From Octopus sinensis (Eukaryota), in NCBI RefSeq assembly GCF_006345805.1, contig NC_043019.1, forward strand, positions 14,259,360 to 14,323,359: a stretch of DNA of 64,000 nt, in the 5' to 3' direction. How positions within the stretch are numbered: the first letter of the stretch is position 1; each line of letters starts with the position of its first letter. Position numbers and translations under genes: made by a program. Shown here piece by piece: positions 24,640 through 38,082 of this stretch. The notes under the pieces were generated by a model. The model did no database searches. It saw only the letters and a list, made by a program, of their open reading frames with translations, and was not told the DNA's origin.

Positions 24640-26300
24640 ATATATAAATGTGTATTTGTACATATATATGTATATGTTTATATGCATATATATATATATA
24701 CACATACATATATAAATGTGTATATGTACATATATATGTATATGTTTATATATGTGTGTGTATATATGCATATATATATATATATATATACATACACATA
24801 CATATATAAATGTGTATATGTACATATATATGTATATGTTTATATATATATGTGTGTATATATGCATATATATATACACATATATATATGTGTGTGTATA
24901 TGTATATATATGTATGCATATGTATGTGTATATATATAAACATGTATATATATATAAATATATAAATATATATAACAACTCTATTCTTTGCTTTTTCTTT
25001 TTTCTTTATTTCATTTTATACCCCCCAACAGAAACAAGTTATTCTCTGATTCCTATTCCACAGAGATTTTTTTTTATCCTTTAGTTCTCAAATTTTTGTT
25101 TGTCATCGAAGGTAGTTTTTTTTTGTCTCTTTCCCCCCCAAAAGTAGTTGTCTTGCTTAGACTGCAGTTACCAAAAAAAAAAAAAAAAAAAACTCTTTCA
25201 GTTTTTTTTAGCTTTGTTTTTGTTTTTTTTTCTTTGTTTATTTTTCTTTTTTCTCTTTCTTTGCTCAAATCGCCAGGTTTTTCTTTTGTTTCAGATCTGG
25301 TGTTCTAAGCCTCTTGTAAGTTCCAAAAACTATTCAGATAAATATTGGTTTTTGTGATTATTTTTGGTTCCTTTTTCTTTTTTTTTTTCCTGATCTGTGC
25401 TTTTTTTAATTTATTTTTATCGTTGTGCTGTATATTTACTGTTATGCTGCATGGTTTTATAAAATTATTTTTTTTGGTTTTGGTTACATTGATGCCATTA
25501 TTGTTGTTCTTATATATGTATGTTATGGGTGTATTATTCATATATATATATATATGAATTTATATTTAATTTGTGAAGTAAGTAAATATGTAGTGATATT
25601 TTATTATTCAAGTGCACCTTGGTCTTCTTTGCAGTTGTTTGTCATTTCATCTATCTATTCATTTATGTTAACGAGAAAAAAAAAATGGATGAAAAATAAT
25701 TTTAAAATTCAATTTATAGTTCTGGTATGTATTTTTATGGAATATACATGTGTGTATAAATATATATATATAATTGTATATGCTTAAGCATAAAGAAAAT
25801 TGCTTGGAACAGTGGTAAAGAGCATTCGGAAATTTTCATAGCGTGAAAGATGAGAAAGAGTGTGTGTGTGTGTACATGAATATAAACATATATTTTTATG
25901 TATTTATATAGACATGCACACATACACAGGTATATATATGTGTGTTTAAATGTGCACTTGTGTGTGTACATATAAATGATGATGACTTAGCTGGCTGAAA
26001 CTTCGAAGTCACTGTCAGTATTATTCTTATTAAAAAAATAATAAATTTGTACTCTACCAAATGTAATCCTTCAATTTAATGTAAAATTGTTTTTATCGTA
26101 ACATAAAAACAAACCTATATATATATATATATATATATATATAACATGGTCTTTCGCTTATGAAGTATTGGTCAATATATATATATATTGTGTCTGTTTA
26201 TATATTCCAAAGAAAATTCTGTCCATGTGTTTAGCATGAAAGAAAATGAATGCAAAATATAATTTTTAAAAATATGAATAAAGTTAAATATGCAAAATTT
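23954..26300 (+). ncRNA. Candidate terminal non-coding exon
   Basis: Polypyrimidine tract with duplicated TTTGACTGAAA then TTTCAG at 23953; U-rich, SINE-free UTR-like body; AATAAA at 26277. Confidence 0.3.
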
Positions 26301-26499
26301 AGTGTTAGCTTTTGCCTTTGAGATTTTAAGTTACACACACTCACACACACACACACATATTTATGTGTGTGTGTGTGTTTGTACAGCAAAAATTTAGATT
26401 TAGATGAATATGGTACTTAAGTTAAAGGCACCAGAATTTGGTATGGTATTATCCATATAAATCAAATGGGGTCTTTGGATATCCTTGTTGCTTATTTTG

Positions 26500-26545
<46 letters not shown>

Positions 26546-26782
26546 GTTGTAGTATTTCAGGAGTAAATATAGCTCTAATAGTGGATTGGTTGAAAACATA
26601 ATAGTGACTGTGATGGTGATGAAGAGGAGAAGGCAGCAATAAGAAGAGGAATAGAAATTATTTGATGTAAACAAGCAGATAGAAAAATCTGACGTTGGAA
26701 TGAAAATCAATAGCAGAGCTAATAAAACAAGAAAATGTAAATAGAGAAATAAATAAATATATAAAACAAGAAAATCGCTATC

Positions 26783-27155
26783 CACAGTGTTCTTAGAGAA
26801 TAAACTGCTGTATGTACTATAACGGTATCGGAATACCTAACAATGACTTTCTTCCAAGTGTTTTTACACCTGTGTTCTTAACATTTCTGCATGTGCTTTT
26901 AAATGCACGTGGACACCTTCTTTGTGTGTTTCTACCTTTCGTTTAAGAATTTAAACATGCTCGTTGATTGTTAATCTGGAAATGGAGGCGTTCTCTTAGA
27001 ACCTGGTGTCGGGGTTGGAAGGGTTATTAGGGATTCAAATCGTGTAGAGCTTGACTGAAGCTGGAATCGCAGGAGGTGTTTGGAGAGCTATTCAGGAAAT
27101 CTGCAAGTTGCGTTTGGCATGAGTGTTAAAGAGAAATGACAGGTGTAAGAGGGGG
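26783..27155 (+). ncRNA. Putative multi-pseudoknot RNA domain
   Basis: Rod 26861-26957/27041-27151 with many G-U pairs; loop segments 26990-27005 and 27015-27036 pair with upstream 26785-26801 and 26831-26857. Confidence 0.6.
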
Positions 27156-27384
27156 AATCTCCATTATGAATGTTCCTTTGGAATGGAAATGTCTATTAAT
27201 TGAATTATAGTATTTGTGAGTGAGAATTCCATAGACACTTGTACCTTTAATGCAGGGGTCACCAAACTTCTTACACGGTAGGCCAGATAACGGAAAGAAT
27301 GACAAATGCAGGCCGCATAACCATTTTGTTCATTACAATACAGTGAATACACAAAAAATAAAGACAGCCAACATGTTTTATTTA

Positions 27385-28203
27385 CCCATTTCTTTACTAC
27401 CCACAAGGGGCTGAACACAGAGGGGACAAACAAGGACAGACAAACGGAGTAAGTCAATTACATAACTGGTACTTATTTAATTGACCCCGAAAGGATAAAA
27501 GCCAAAGTCAACCTCGGCGGAATTTGAACTCAGAATGTAACGGCAGACGAAATACCCATTTCTTTACTACCCACAAGGGGCTAAACACAGAGGGGACAAA
27601 CAGGGACAGACAAACGGATTAAGTCGATTACATCAACCCCAGTACATAACTGGTACTTATTTAATTGACCCCGAAAGGATAAACGCCAAAGTCAACCTCG
27701 GCGGAATTTGAACTCAGAACGTAACGGCAGACGAAATACCCATTTCTTTACTACCCACAAGGGGCTAAACACATAGGGGACAAACAAGGACAGACAAACG
27801 GATTAAGTCGATTACATCGACCCCAGTGCGTAGCTGGTAAATTCCATTGTCTCGACCACGGTCGAACAATGATGATGATGATGGTACTTATTTAATTGAC
27901 CCCCAAAAGGATGAAAGGCAAAGTCGACCTCAGCAGAATTTGAACTCAGAACGTAACGGCACACGAAATACCCATTTGTTTACTACCCACAAGGGGCTAA
28001 ACACAGAGGGGACAAACAAGGACAGACAAAGGGATTAAGTCGATTACATCGACCCCAGTGTGTAACTGGTACTTATTTAATTGACCCCGAAAGGATGAAA
28101 GGCAAAGTCGACCTCGGCGGAATTTAAACTAAGAACGTAACGACAGACGAAATACCGATTGGCATTTCGCCCGGCGTGCTAACGTTTCTGCCAGCTTGCT
28201 GCC
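27385..28203 (-). mobile_element. SINE family C tetramer
   Basis: Four tandem units of about 180 bp with a single head. Confidence 0.85.
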
Positions 28204-28306
28204 ATTTACCAAAATGTTACCAAAGAAGGCGATGTTAGCAATAAGATAGTTATATCACACCCAGTGCGCACATATCCGAATCTCACAAACTAAGCAGCAA
28301 AATGGA

Positions 28307-28500
28307 TTATTGAGATTTGTGAAACTGGTGTTTAGCTTTGACGATATCACCAATATCTGCTTTGGAATTGCTGCATCCAACCAAGAGAATTGCTTCCAAA
28401 TGTTCATCAGACGACCTCGTTCGATGTGCTGACTTCACATTCTTCATTTCTGAAAATGTTTGCTCACAGACATGAGTTGTTCCAAATACTGATGCCATAC
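28307..28500 (-). pseudogene. hAT transposase C-terminal dimerisation-domain remnant (SPIN/GTF2IRD2-like)
   Basis: ASVFGTTHVCEQTFSEMKNVKSAHRTRSSDEHLEAIL matches the F.STY.CE..FS.M...KS..R.RL.D..L motif. Confidence 0.8.
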
Positions 28501-28593
28501 CCGAGGCAAATGAACTCCCATTGCTGGTACTTACACAAAAGGTGCAGTGCGGCAGTGAGCCGGATGAACTGACCTCGCAGTCCGTAGTTTGCT

Positions 28594-28821
28594 TTAACCC
28601 TTTCATTACTGTATTTCTGTTGAGATGTTCTGTGTTTCTTTCAATTACTTTAAATATAACAAAGAATTTAGTAAAATAACTTAATTATCATTCAGCTAGT
28701 GTTAGGAACATAAATTGTGATTAAGGTTTGGTGGAAGATTTCAATTCAAAACTTATGAAAACAAAACATTTGTATACAGAGCCAGAGCTGGTTTCAGCCG
28801 GGTTGGTAACAAAAGGGTTAA
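28594..28821. mobile_element. piggyBac-like TTAA MITE
   Basis: TTAA-CCCTTT...AAAGGG-TTAA; partial relatives near 10860-11030, 21790-21955 and 33330-33530. Confidence 0.75.
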
Positions 28822-29565
28822 TGTAATCCTCATTACAGAATAGTTTTGCCAATGTTTGTGATGCTCTTGCTCTTTGAATTACACATGATCCATTCAACAG
28901 GCTTTAGAACAGAAAAGTTGAGCTATCATCATCATCATCGGGTCCACCCTCTCGCCCCAGCACCTCTGTTTTTCTCACTTTCCTGCCCCACCTGGTCGCT
29001 CCTGCCCTCTCTTCTAAAATGTGACTAGTCATGTAGTTGCTCTGGCTCCTTTTCTCATACTTTTACCCCCTCGTCTCCTGGCATAATTTGCTCGACTAAA
29101 GGCAGTGCTCCAGCATGGCCACGGTCAAATGACTGAAACAAGTAAAAGAGTAATCTCGGTGGGATGCCAGTCCATTGGGATTAGTCATTTTTGCCAGGAA
29201 AATGGACTGGAGCAATGCGAAGTGACGTGAAGTGTTTTGCTCAAGAACACAATGTGTCGCCCAGTCCAGGAAATGAAACTACAGTCTTTCGATCATGAGT
29301 TCAGTACGCTAACCACTAAGCCATGTGTCCGCACAAAGACAGTGTAAGGTGTTGAGTGAATCAGCTAAAGAGAGATATGGGGACAATGGAACACAGTGCT
29401 GGTATAGAAAGAGAAAGATGAGATGCGACTACTAACCTCGTTAAGGTAGCCAACACCCTGTATGACATAGAGTAGAACACGTGACAATATACAAGAGATG
29501 CCAAAAAAAAAAAACAACCAAAAAAACATTGCTGTGTCATTTCATTTTGATGTTAGTTATATATA

Positions 29566-29800
29566 TAGGGTGTCCGTAAATTACCTTTACAGCTTGAGAA
29601 ATTCAAGGGTAAAAGAAGAATAAGGATATCTCTTCAGAGTTTGTTGGAAAACACAGAGACAAATAAATAAAGTATTATTAGAAACATCAGAACACTTTCA
29701 AGTGGACTCCATTGGTTGCACACAAGTTGATTGATGGATATCAACTTTGATAGATGGAATAAGATGTAGAAATTGTAGAGATAGTTTATGAAAACCTTGT
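29566..29800. mobile_element. Decayed Tc1/mariner-type MITE
   Basis: TAGGGTGTCCGTAAATTACCTTTACA / TGTAGAGATAGTTTATGAAAACCTTG imperfect TIRs; partial copy near 30635-30780. Confidence 0.5.
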
Positions 29801-29817
29801 GTGTGTGTGTGATGAAA

Positions 29818-29875
<58 letters not shown>

Positions 29876-30067
29876 TTATTCAAAGCAGCAGAAAATTCAA
29901 CAAAACCTGCCGTTCTAGCAAAAACTTTCCGACAAACGGCAACGGGAAACTCAGAGTAACAGGTTTTGCTGAATTTTCTGCTGCTTTGAATAAAGCATAT
30001 TACTCTACCACTGGTATTAGAGTACTCTTTTTTCCACCTTGTTTCACATTTATGTGTTTACTCCGGT
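29876..30067 (+). mobile_element. Palindromic (TA)n-flanked element with the 3' half of a hammerhead
   Basis: Arms 29876-29909/29960-29993; GAAAC-TCAGA-GTA at 29946. Confidence 0.5.
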
Positions 30068-30234
30068 ATATATATATATGTGTGTGTGTGTATATATATA
30101 CTACTAATATAGGATGAAGTTTTTTACAGAAAAAATTTCATCAAAAAGTGGCAGCATATTAAAATACCATTAAAGGTTAAACTTATAAACAAGGGCAAAA
30201 GAAAATTATTCTCTCTCTCTCTCTCTCTCTCTAT

Positions 30235-30268
<34 letters not shown>

Positions 30269-30272
<4 letters not shown>

Positions 30273-30590
30273 CAATTTAGGAATGGCCTAAACAGGCCAT
30301 TCGTCCACCAGAAAGAGCAGCCAGAACTCCTACCGCAAGTAGTGTAATTCGGAATAAGTGAAAATAAAAACATTTACTGAATTAGGGTAAATGTTTTTAA
30401 ATTTCACTTATTTCCGAATTAACTACTTGGCGTAGGAGTTCTGGCTGCTCTTTCTGGTGGACGAATGGCCTGTTTAGGCCATTCCTAAATTGTTATATTT
30501 GTCTATTTAGTCTTTGACTATCTTTTCCCTTTTCCACCAGGCCGCTGGTAGCGATAAATTTTTACTGATTTTTGCTACCCTAAATGATTA
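30269..30590. repeat. About 110-bp-arm palindrome plus unique tail, between (TA)n tracts
   Basis: 30269-30496 is a near-perfect inverted repeat. Confidence 0.8.
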
Positions 30591-33500
30591 ATTATATATA
30601 TAATATATATACTATATATATATATATATATTACGTGTCCGTAAATATCTTTACAATTTGAAAAATTCAGAAAAACAAAAAAAATAAGGCTAACTCAGCA
30701 GAATTTATTGGAAAACAGGCAAACAAATGGAGTTTTCTTAGGAACATCAGAATACTTCGACATAGACTGCATTGGTTGTTTGCAACCTGCTGAGTTATAC
30801 TTACGTAAATGCCAGCATGGGAAGTGGATGTTAAACGATGATAATGATGATGATCTCAATTTATTTCCTTGCAAGAGCTGCTCTTGTCACTTCCTGGGAA
30901 TTAGCAATGAAAGGACTCTTTCACCCTCTCACCACCATCTCTCTGTCTCCCTTCCAGACACTCCCACCCATCCTCACATGATGTATCTCCTTCTCATAAT
31001 GTATATAATGGGGTGGCCATGTATCTTCTCTATAGCAAGACCCCTGTGCTTGTCCTTCAGTCATTCTTAGCCATCAACGTCTGGCATAAAGACACCCCTG
31101 CCCCTTCTCAAATATGCTCCCACTTAGTCGAAGGTGTTTTTTCCGTTTCCTTTCTTTACTTTGTCTTGCAAGTGACTTAGCAGCCTCACTAGTGCCAGGT
31201 CCATGGAAAAAAGCCCTCAGTCCACTCTGTAAAGCGGTTGGCACTAGGAAGGGCATCCAGCCATAGAAACCTTGCCAAAGCTGGCATTATGCCCGGATGC
31301 ATCTCTGCAGCTCATTGGACCCTGTGAAACCAAGCAACACAACCATCCTGCATCCACTGAGGCCAAAAAAAAAAAAAATTAAAAGAAAAGAAAGCACTTG
31401 CCCCATATGCCTTATTGTGGGATTGAACCGGGGAACTTGTGATGACAAAGCAAACTTCTTAACCACCTGGCCATGCTTGCAACCACCATTACATGACAAA
31501 TGAACATTAGATAATGCTTTCTACTATAAGCACAAGGCTATCAATTTCGTGGGGGGAGGGGGGCTAGTCAATTACATCGACCCCCCCCCCCTGTGTTCAA
31601 CTGGTTCTAATTTTATCCATCCTGAAAGGATGAAAAGTAAAGTCAACCTTGGCGGAATTTGAACTCAGAACATAAAGATTGACAAAATGCTACTGAGCAT
31701 TTTGCACAGCAATGATGACAAAGATCACGATGGTAAAGTTTTCTCCAGACTATTTCTGCTAGTTGCATCTATTTCCTAGACTCTGGATGGCGGTGAAGGT
31801 GTTGATGTTGCCTTAAAAATCATAACCTATATCTTGTAGGTTCTCTCTCAGAAGTTAGCATGTCTTTAGGGAAGTGACTATGTCTTTCTTTCTTGTTGTC
31901 TTATGATCTACCTTGGCACAGAAGCATTCCATTGCTTCGTTAACTGAACTATCTGTTCAATCACTAAACTACTTAATTAATAATCTAACTTGTAAGTGAC
32001 TGAGTATTCCGTTGACATGTGTACTCAGGCTGACTCAGCACAAAACAGCAGGTGACAAAGATGAATGTTTGAATTTAAGATGTGTTCCAGCCAGCAGGCT
32101 TCTCTACAGTTTCTGTGTACCCAGTTTTCCTTCATGAGTCTTGCATTCACCCAAGGAAGCTATCTTTCCTGTATCGGTACACTTGTTTCAGCCATGGGAC
32201 TGCGACCATACTGGGGCACCATTTTGAAGGGTTTCTAGTCAAGCAGATTGACCTTGGTATTTAATTTTTTAAAGATTGGTGGTTATTCTATTGGTCTCGT
32301 TTGCAGAACTGCTAAGTTACAGGGATGTAAATAAACCAACACCAAATGTGAAGTGGTAGAGAAACAAATACAAACGCAAAGACATATATACACACACATA
32401 CATATTTACAGCAGGCTTCAACACAGTTTCCATCTATCAAATTCATTCACAATGCATTGGTTTGTCTGTTTGTTTGTTCCTTCTCGAGCCATGCCTGGCT
32501 CATTAGGGCCGGTTTCCCGGTTTCTTTGGCGTATAGGTTCCCCACCTGAATGGGACGCCGGTCCGTCACAGGTGAGCTACAAGATGCAGGAGGAAAGAGT
32601 GAGAGAAAGTTGCGGCAGAAGAGTCAGCAGAAATTCGCCATTACTTTCTGCCGGAGCCGCGTGGAGCTTAAGTGTTTTGCTCATAAACACACACATCACC
32701 CGGTCTGAGATTCGAACCCGCGATCCCTCGACCGCATGACCACTGCTCTAACCACTAGGCCATGTGCCTCCACATTGGTTGGTCTGGGTCTATAGTAGAA
32801 GACACTTGCCCAAGGTGCCATGCAATGGGACTGAACCTGAAATCACAGGGTTACAAAGTAAGCTTCTTATCTACACAACCCTCCTGCATCCAGTAAGGTA
32901 AAAAAAAAAAAATTAAAAGGAAACAAAACACTTGCCCCAAATGCCTTATCGTGGGATTGAACTGGGAACTTGTGATGACAAAGCAAACTTCTTAACCACT
33001 TGGCCATGCTTGCAACCACCATTACATACATATAGAGTAGGAGAAGGTTTTAAGAATAAGGTCTGCAAAACGAACAATTCCTTAGATTGTGTCTCATCCA
33101 TTTGTCTTCTTCAAACACCATCAATGTATTACTTTTGCTATCTGACTGACGAGATTTAAACTTTGTATCTATTATTTCTCTTTCGTTGTCTTTGACTGTT
33201 TTCTTTCGTCTGTTTTGTTAATTTTCTCCAAAACTTCAAATGTAACATTCTTAAATACAAAAAAAAACCCAAACATTTCATAGAAAGTTTCAACAAGATT
33301 AATGCCTTTTGTTACCACAATTCTGTTGAAATACAATACGCTACTTCTGTTTCAATTAATTTTGGAAAATAACAAAGAATTTAGTAAAATATTTTTATCG
33401 TTATTATGTCAATTAACATGAAATTTTCGTAGAAGGTTTAAAGTTTTTAATTTGAATCACTTTAAAACAGCAAGTTTGTATTGTAGAGAGCCAGGGGTGG

Positions 33501-34366
33501 TCTCGGGTAGGTTGGTATGAAAAGGGTTAAAATTGACAAACAATTTTTTTCATTTGTATTATATTGATGCATCTTAAAATTTGTACGAAATAAGAGAAAA
33601 AAAGAGAAAAAGAAGACCTTTGAGAATAAACACTCAAAAATGGCTGATACTTTGAAAAAAAAACCCCATAAAATTGAAATAATTTCCATACTACTTGAAT
33701 TTAAATTTCAACAGATTGCTTTGGCTTCAGCAGATAAAAAAGAAATGAATTGAGTAAATCCAACATTACTTCTAATCTCTTTCTATCCGTAAAAATATGT
33801 ATGGACTCTGTCTTTTTTTTTTTTTTGTTTTGTTTCCTCTCTTTCTGGCTTTTCCTGATTTTGAAAGTTTATGTAAATCTGTGATTTCAGATGTTATAGA
33901 AGAATATCTGTTAAGGGAGCATCCAATGGTAGTGTTTGTCTTTGCCGTGTACGTGTCGGATATCCGAATGTCGTAACTGGAGAGTGATTATTCAATGCAT
34001 TCATAAAGGCTCCTGTCTTTAATCTTCTTTTTTTTTTTTTAACTAAATATTGATATTGGTTGTTTGGTGATCAGTATATAATGTAAAACTGCCTGAAAGC
34101 AAGAAAAAAAAAGAAAAGTTTGCCATTTTCCGAATGCTTGCTATGATAGCCTTCACCTTCCTTCTTTGCAATTAAGGAAAAATTTTTGGTGTCAGGATGA
34201 GAAAGAAAAGGATAAGTTTTATTACAGCAGTTATTACAGTGTGGAAAAGATATTCCCAAGAGAAATGGTCTAAACACGTGGAGTAGGACTGAAGTTAGAT
34301 CGGTAAAAAGGAGAGAGAGAGAGAGAAATCACCTATTGAAGTTTTCAGCAGATGAACAGCAGATAT

Positions 34367-34779
34367 ATTTCTTTGCTACCCACAAGGGGCTAAATGCAGA
34401 GGGGACAAACAAGGACAGACAAACGGATTAAGTCGATTGCATCGTCCCCAGTGCGTAACTGGTACTTAATTTATCGACCCCGAAAGGATGAAAGGCAAAG
34501 TCAACCTTGGCAGAATTTGAACTCAAAACGGAAAGACAAACGAAATACCTATTTCTTTACTACCCACAAGGAGCTAAACACAGAGAGGACAAACAAGGAC
34601 AGACAAACGGATTAAGTCGATTGCATCGACCCCAGTGCGTAACTGGTACTTAATTTATCGACCCCGAAAGGATGAAAGGCAAAGTCGACCTCGGCGGAAT
34701 TTGAACCCAGAACGTAACGGCAGACGAAATACTGCTACGCATTTCGCCTGCGTGCTAACGTTTCTGCCAGCTCGCCACC
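34367..34779 (-). mobile_element. SINE family C dimer
   Basis: Two tandem units. Confidence 0.85.
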
Positions 34780-35148
34780 TGATAGCTGTCTTTTTTTATC
34801 TTTTGTCATGAAATAATAGGACTTGGGAGGGAGTTGGGTTGAGTTCTGAGAAAAGAGACACACTTGTAGAATAGTAACTAAACAAAGCTATAGTAGTCTG
34901 CAGAATTGTTAACATGCCAAGCAAAATGCTTATCACCATTTCTTCTGGTTTTATGTTCTGAGTTCAGATTCTGTCAAGGTCATCTTCGCATTTCATCCTT
35001 TTGGAAGTCATTAAAATAAGTACCAGTTGGGCGCTGGGGTGGATGTAATCAACTTAGCCCCTCCCTTAAAAAAGAAAATTGCTGGCCCAGTGCCAAACTT
35101 TGAAACCGAGACCATTATTTAACATTGCTAGGGGTTGTGCAACCACTG

Positions 35149-38082
35149 GTGAAGGCATATGGCTCAGTGGTTAGAGCATTGGGCTAACAATCATGAGGTA
35201 GTGAGTTTGATTCCCAGACCGGGCTGTGTGTTGTGTTCTTGAGCAAGAGACTTTATTTCACGTTGCTCCAGTTCACTCAGCTGTAGAAATGAGTTGTGAC
35301 GTCACAGGTGCCAAGCTGTATCAGCCCCTTTGCCTTTCTCTTGGACAACATCAGAGGCATGGAGAGAGGGGAGGCTGGTATGCATGAGTGACTACTGGCC
35401 TTCCAAAAATGACCTTGCCCAGACTTATGCCTTAGAAGGGAACTTTCTAGGTGCAATCCCATGGTCATTTGTGACTGAAGGGGGTCTTTGTGAGCTTGAT
35501 TCCTGGATTGAGCTGTGTGCTGTGTTCTTGAGCAAGAGACTTTATTTCACGTTGCTCCAGTTCACTCAGCTGTAGAAATGAGTTGTGACGTCACAGGTGC
35601 CAAGCTGTATCAGCCCCTTTGCCTTTCTCTTGGACAACATCAGAGGCATGGAGAGAGGGGAGGCTGGTATGCATGAGTGACTACTGGCCTTCCAAAAATG
35701 ACCTGCCCAGACTTATGCCTTAGAAGGGAACTTTCTAGGTGCAATCCCATGGTCATTTGTGACTGAAGGGGGTCTTTGTGAGCTTGATTCCTGGATTGAG
35801 CTGTGTGCTGTGTTCTTGAGCAAGAGACTTTATTTCACGTTGCTCCAGTTCACTCAGCTGTAGAAATGAGTTATGGCATCACAGGTGCCAAGCTGTATCA
35901 GCCCCTTTGCCTTTCTCTTGGACACATCAGAGGCATGGAGAGAGGGGAGGCTGGTATGCATGAGTGACTACTGGCCTTCCAAAAATGACCTTGCCCAGAC
36001 TTATGCCTTAGAAGGGAACTTTCTAGGGCAATCCCATGGTCATTTGTGACTGAAGGGGGTCTTTGTGAGCTTGATTCCTGGATTGAGCTGTGTGCTGTGT
36101 TCTTGAGCAAGAGACTTTATTTCACGTTGCTCCAGTTCACTCAGCTGTAGAAATGAGTTGTGACGTCACAGGTGCCAAGCTGTATCAGCCCCTTTGCCTT
36201 TCTCTTGGACAACATCAGAGGCATGGAGAGAGGGGAGGCTGGTATGCATGAGTGACTACTGGCCTTCCAAAAATGACCTTGCCCAGACTTATGCCTTAGA
36301 AGGAACTTTCTAGGTGCAATCCCATGGTCATTTGTGACTGAAGGGGGTCTTTGTGAGCTTGATTCCTGGATTGAGCTGTGTGCTGTGTTCTTGAGCAAGA
36401 GACTTTATTTCACGTTGCTCCAGTTCACTCAGCTGTAGAAATGAGTTGTGACGTCACAGGTGCCAAGCTGTATCAGCCCCTTTGCCTTTCTCTTGGACAA
36501 CATCAGAGGCATGGAGAGAGGGGAGGCTGGTATGCATGAGTGACTACTGGCCTTCCAAAAATGACCTTGCCCAGACTTATGCCTTAGAAGGGAACTTTCT
36601 AGGTGCAATCCCATGGTCATTTGTGACTGAAGGGGGTCTTTGTGAGCTTGATTCCTGGATTGAGCTGTGTGCTGTGTTCTTGAGCAAGAGACTTTATTTC
36701 ACGTTGCTCCAGTTCACTCAGCTGTAGAAATGAGTTGTGACGTCACAGGTGCCAAGCTGTATCAGCCCCTTTGCCTTTCTCTTGGACAACATCAGAGGCA
36801 TGGAGAGAGGGGAGGCTGGTATGCATGAGTGACTACTGGCCTTCCAAAAATGACCTTGCCCAGACTTATGCCTTAGAAGGGAACTTTCTAGGTGCAATCC
36901 CATGGTCATTTGTGACTGAAGGGGGTCTTTGTGAGCTTGATTCCTGGATTGAGCTGTGTGCTGTGTTCTTGAGCAAGAGACTTTATTTCACGTTGCTCCA
37001 GTTCACTCAGCTGTAGAAATGAGTTATGGCATCACAGGTGCCAAGCTGTATCAGCCCCTTTGCCTTTCTCTTGGACAACATCAGAGGCATGGAGAGAGGG
37101 GAGGCTGGTATGCATGAGTGACTACTGGCCTTCCAAAAATGACCTTGCCCAGACTTATGCCTTAGAAGGGAACTTTCTAGGTGCAATCCCATGGTCATTT
37201 GTGACTGAAGGGGGTCTTTGTGAGCTTGATTCCTGGATTGAGCTGTGTGCTGTGTTCTTGAGCAAGAGACTTTATTTCACGTTGCTCCAGTTCACTCAGC
37301 TGTAGAAATGAGTTGTGACGTCACAGGTGCCAAGCTGTATCAGCCCCTTTGCCTTTCTCTTGGACAACATCAGAGGCATGGAGAGAGGGGAGGCTGGTAT
37401 GCATGAGTGACTACTGGCCTTCCAAAAATGACCTTGCCCAGACTTATGCCTTAGAAGGGAACTTTCTAGGTGCAATCCCATGGTCATTTGTGACTGAAGG
37501 GGGTCTTTGTGAGCTTGATTCCTGGATTGAGCTGTGTGCTGTGTTCTTGAGCAAGAGACTTTATTTCACGTTGCTCCAGTTCACTCAGCTGTAGAAATGA
37601 GTTGTGACGTCACAGGTGCCAAGCTGTATCAGCCCCTTTGCCTTTCTCTTGGACAACATCAGAGGCATGGAGAGAGGAGGCTGGTATGCATGAGTGACTA
37701 CTGGCCTTCCAAAAATGACCTTGCCCAGACTTATGCCTTAGAAGGGAACTTTCTAGGTGCAATCCCATGGTCATTTGTGACTGAAGGGGGTCTTTGTGAG
37801 CTTGATTCCTGGATTGAGCTGTGTGCTGTGTTCTTGAGCAAGAGACTTTATTTCACGTTGCTCCAGTTCACTCAGCTGTAGAAATGAGTTGCGACATCAC
37901 TGGTGCCAAGCTGTATTGGCGCCTTTGCCTTTCCCTTGGATAACATCGGTAGTGTGGAGAGGAGAAGCTGGTAAGCATGGGTGACTGCTGGTCCTCCATA
38001 AACAATCTTGCCTGGACTTGTGCCTTGGAGGGTAGCCTTTTTGGTGCAATCCCATGGTCATTCATGGCTGAAGAGGATCTTT
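35149..38082 (+). repeat. Tandem array of 10 SINE-A units (period about 289 bp)
   Basis: TTCTTGAGCAAGAGAC recurs 10 times; one tRNA head at 35149; diverged last unit. Confidence 0.95.

Larger units (their letters stand above)
27253..28592 (-). mobile_element. Internally deleted hAT DNA transposon interrupted by a SINE C multimer
   Basis: CAGGGGTCACCAAACT terminus at 27253; transposase remnant inside; other end cut by a TTAA MITE. Confidence 0.7.

Noticed and set aside
33885-34015. Possible coding exon after TTTCAG
   Set aside because: All frames stop within about 30 codons, no donor or recognisable protein, and only weak hairpins
35149-35225. tRNA-like sequences here and at other SINE heads
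   Set aside because: A/B boxes continue into SINE bodies with no complete cloverleaf
35277-37881. Repeated 63-aa and 81-aa ORFs; CRISPR-like periodicity
   Set aside because: Units are identical SINE copies with no variable spacers or cas genes; the ORFs are incidental
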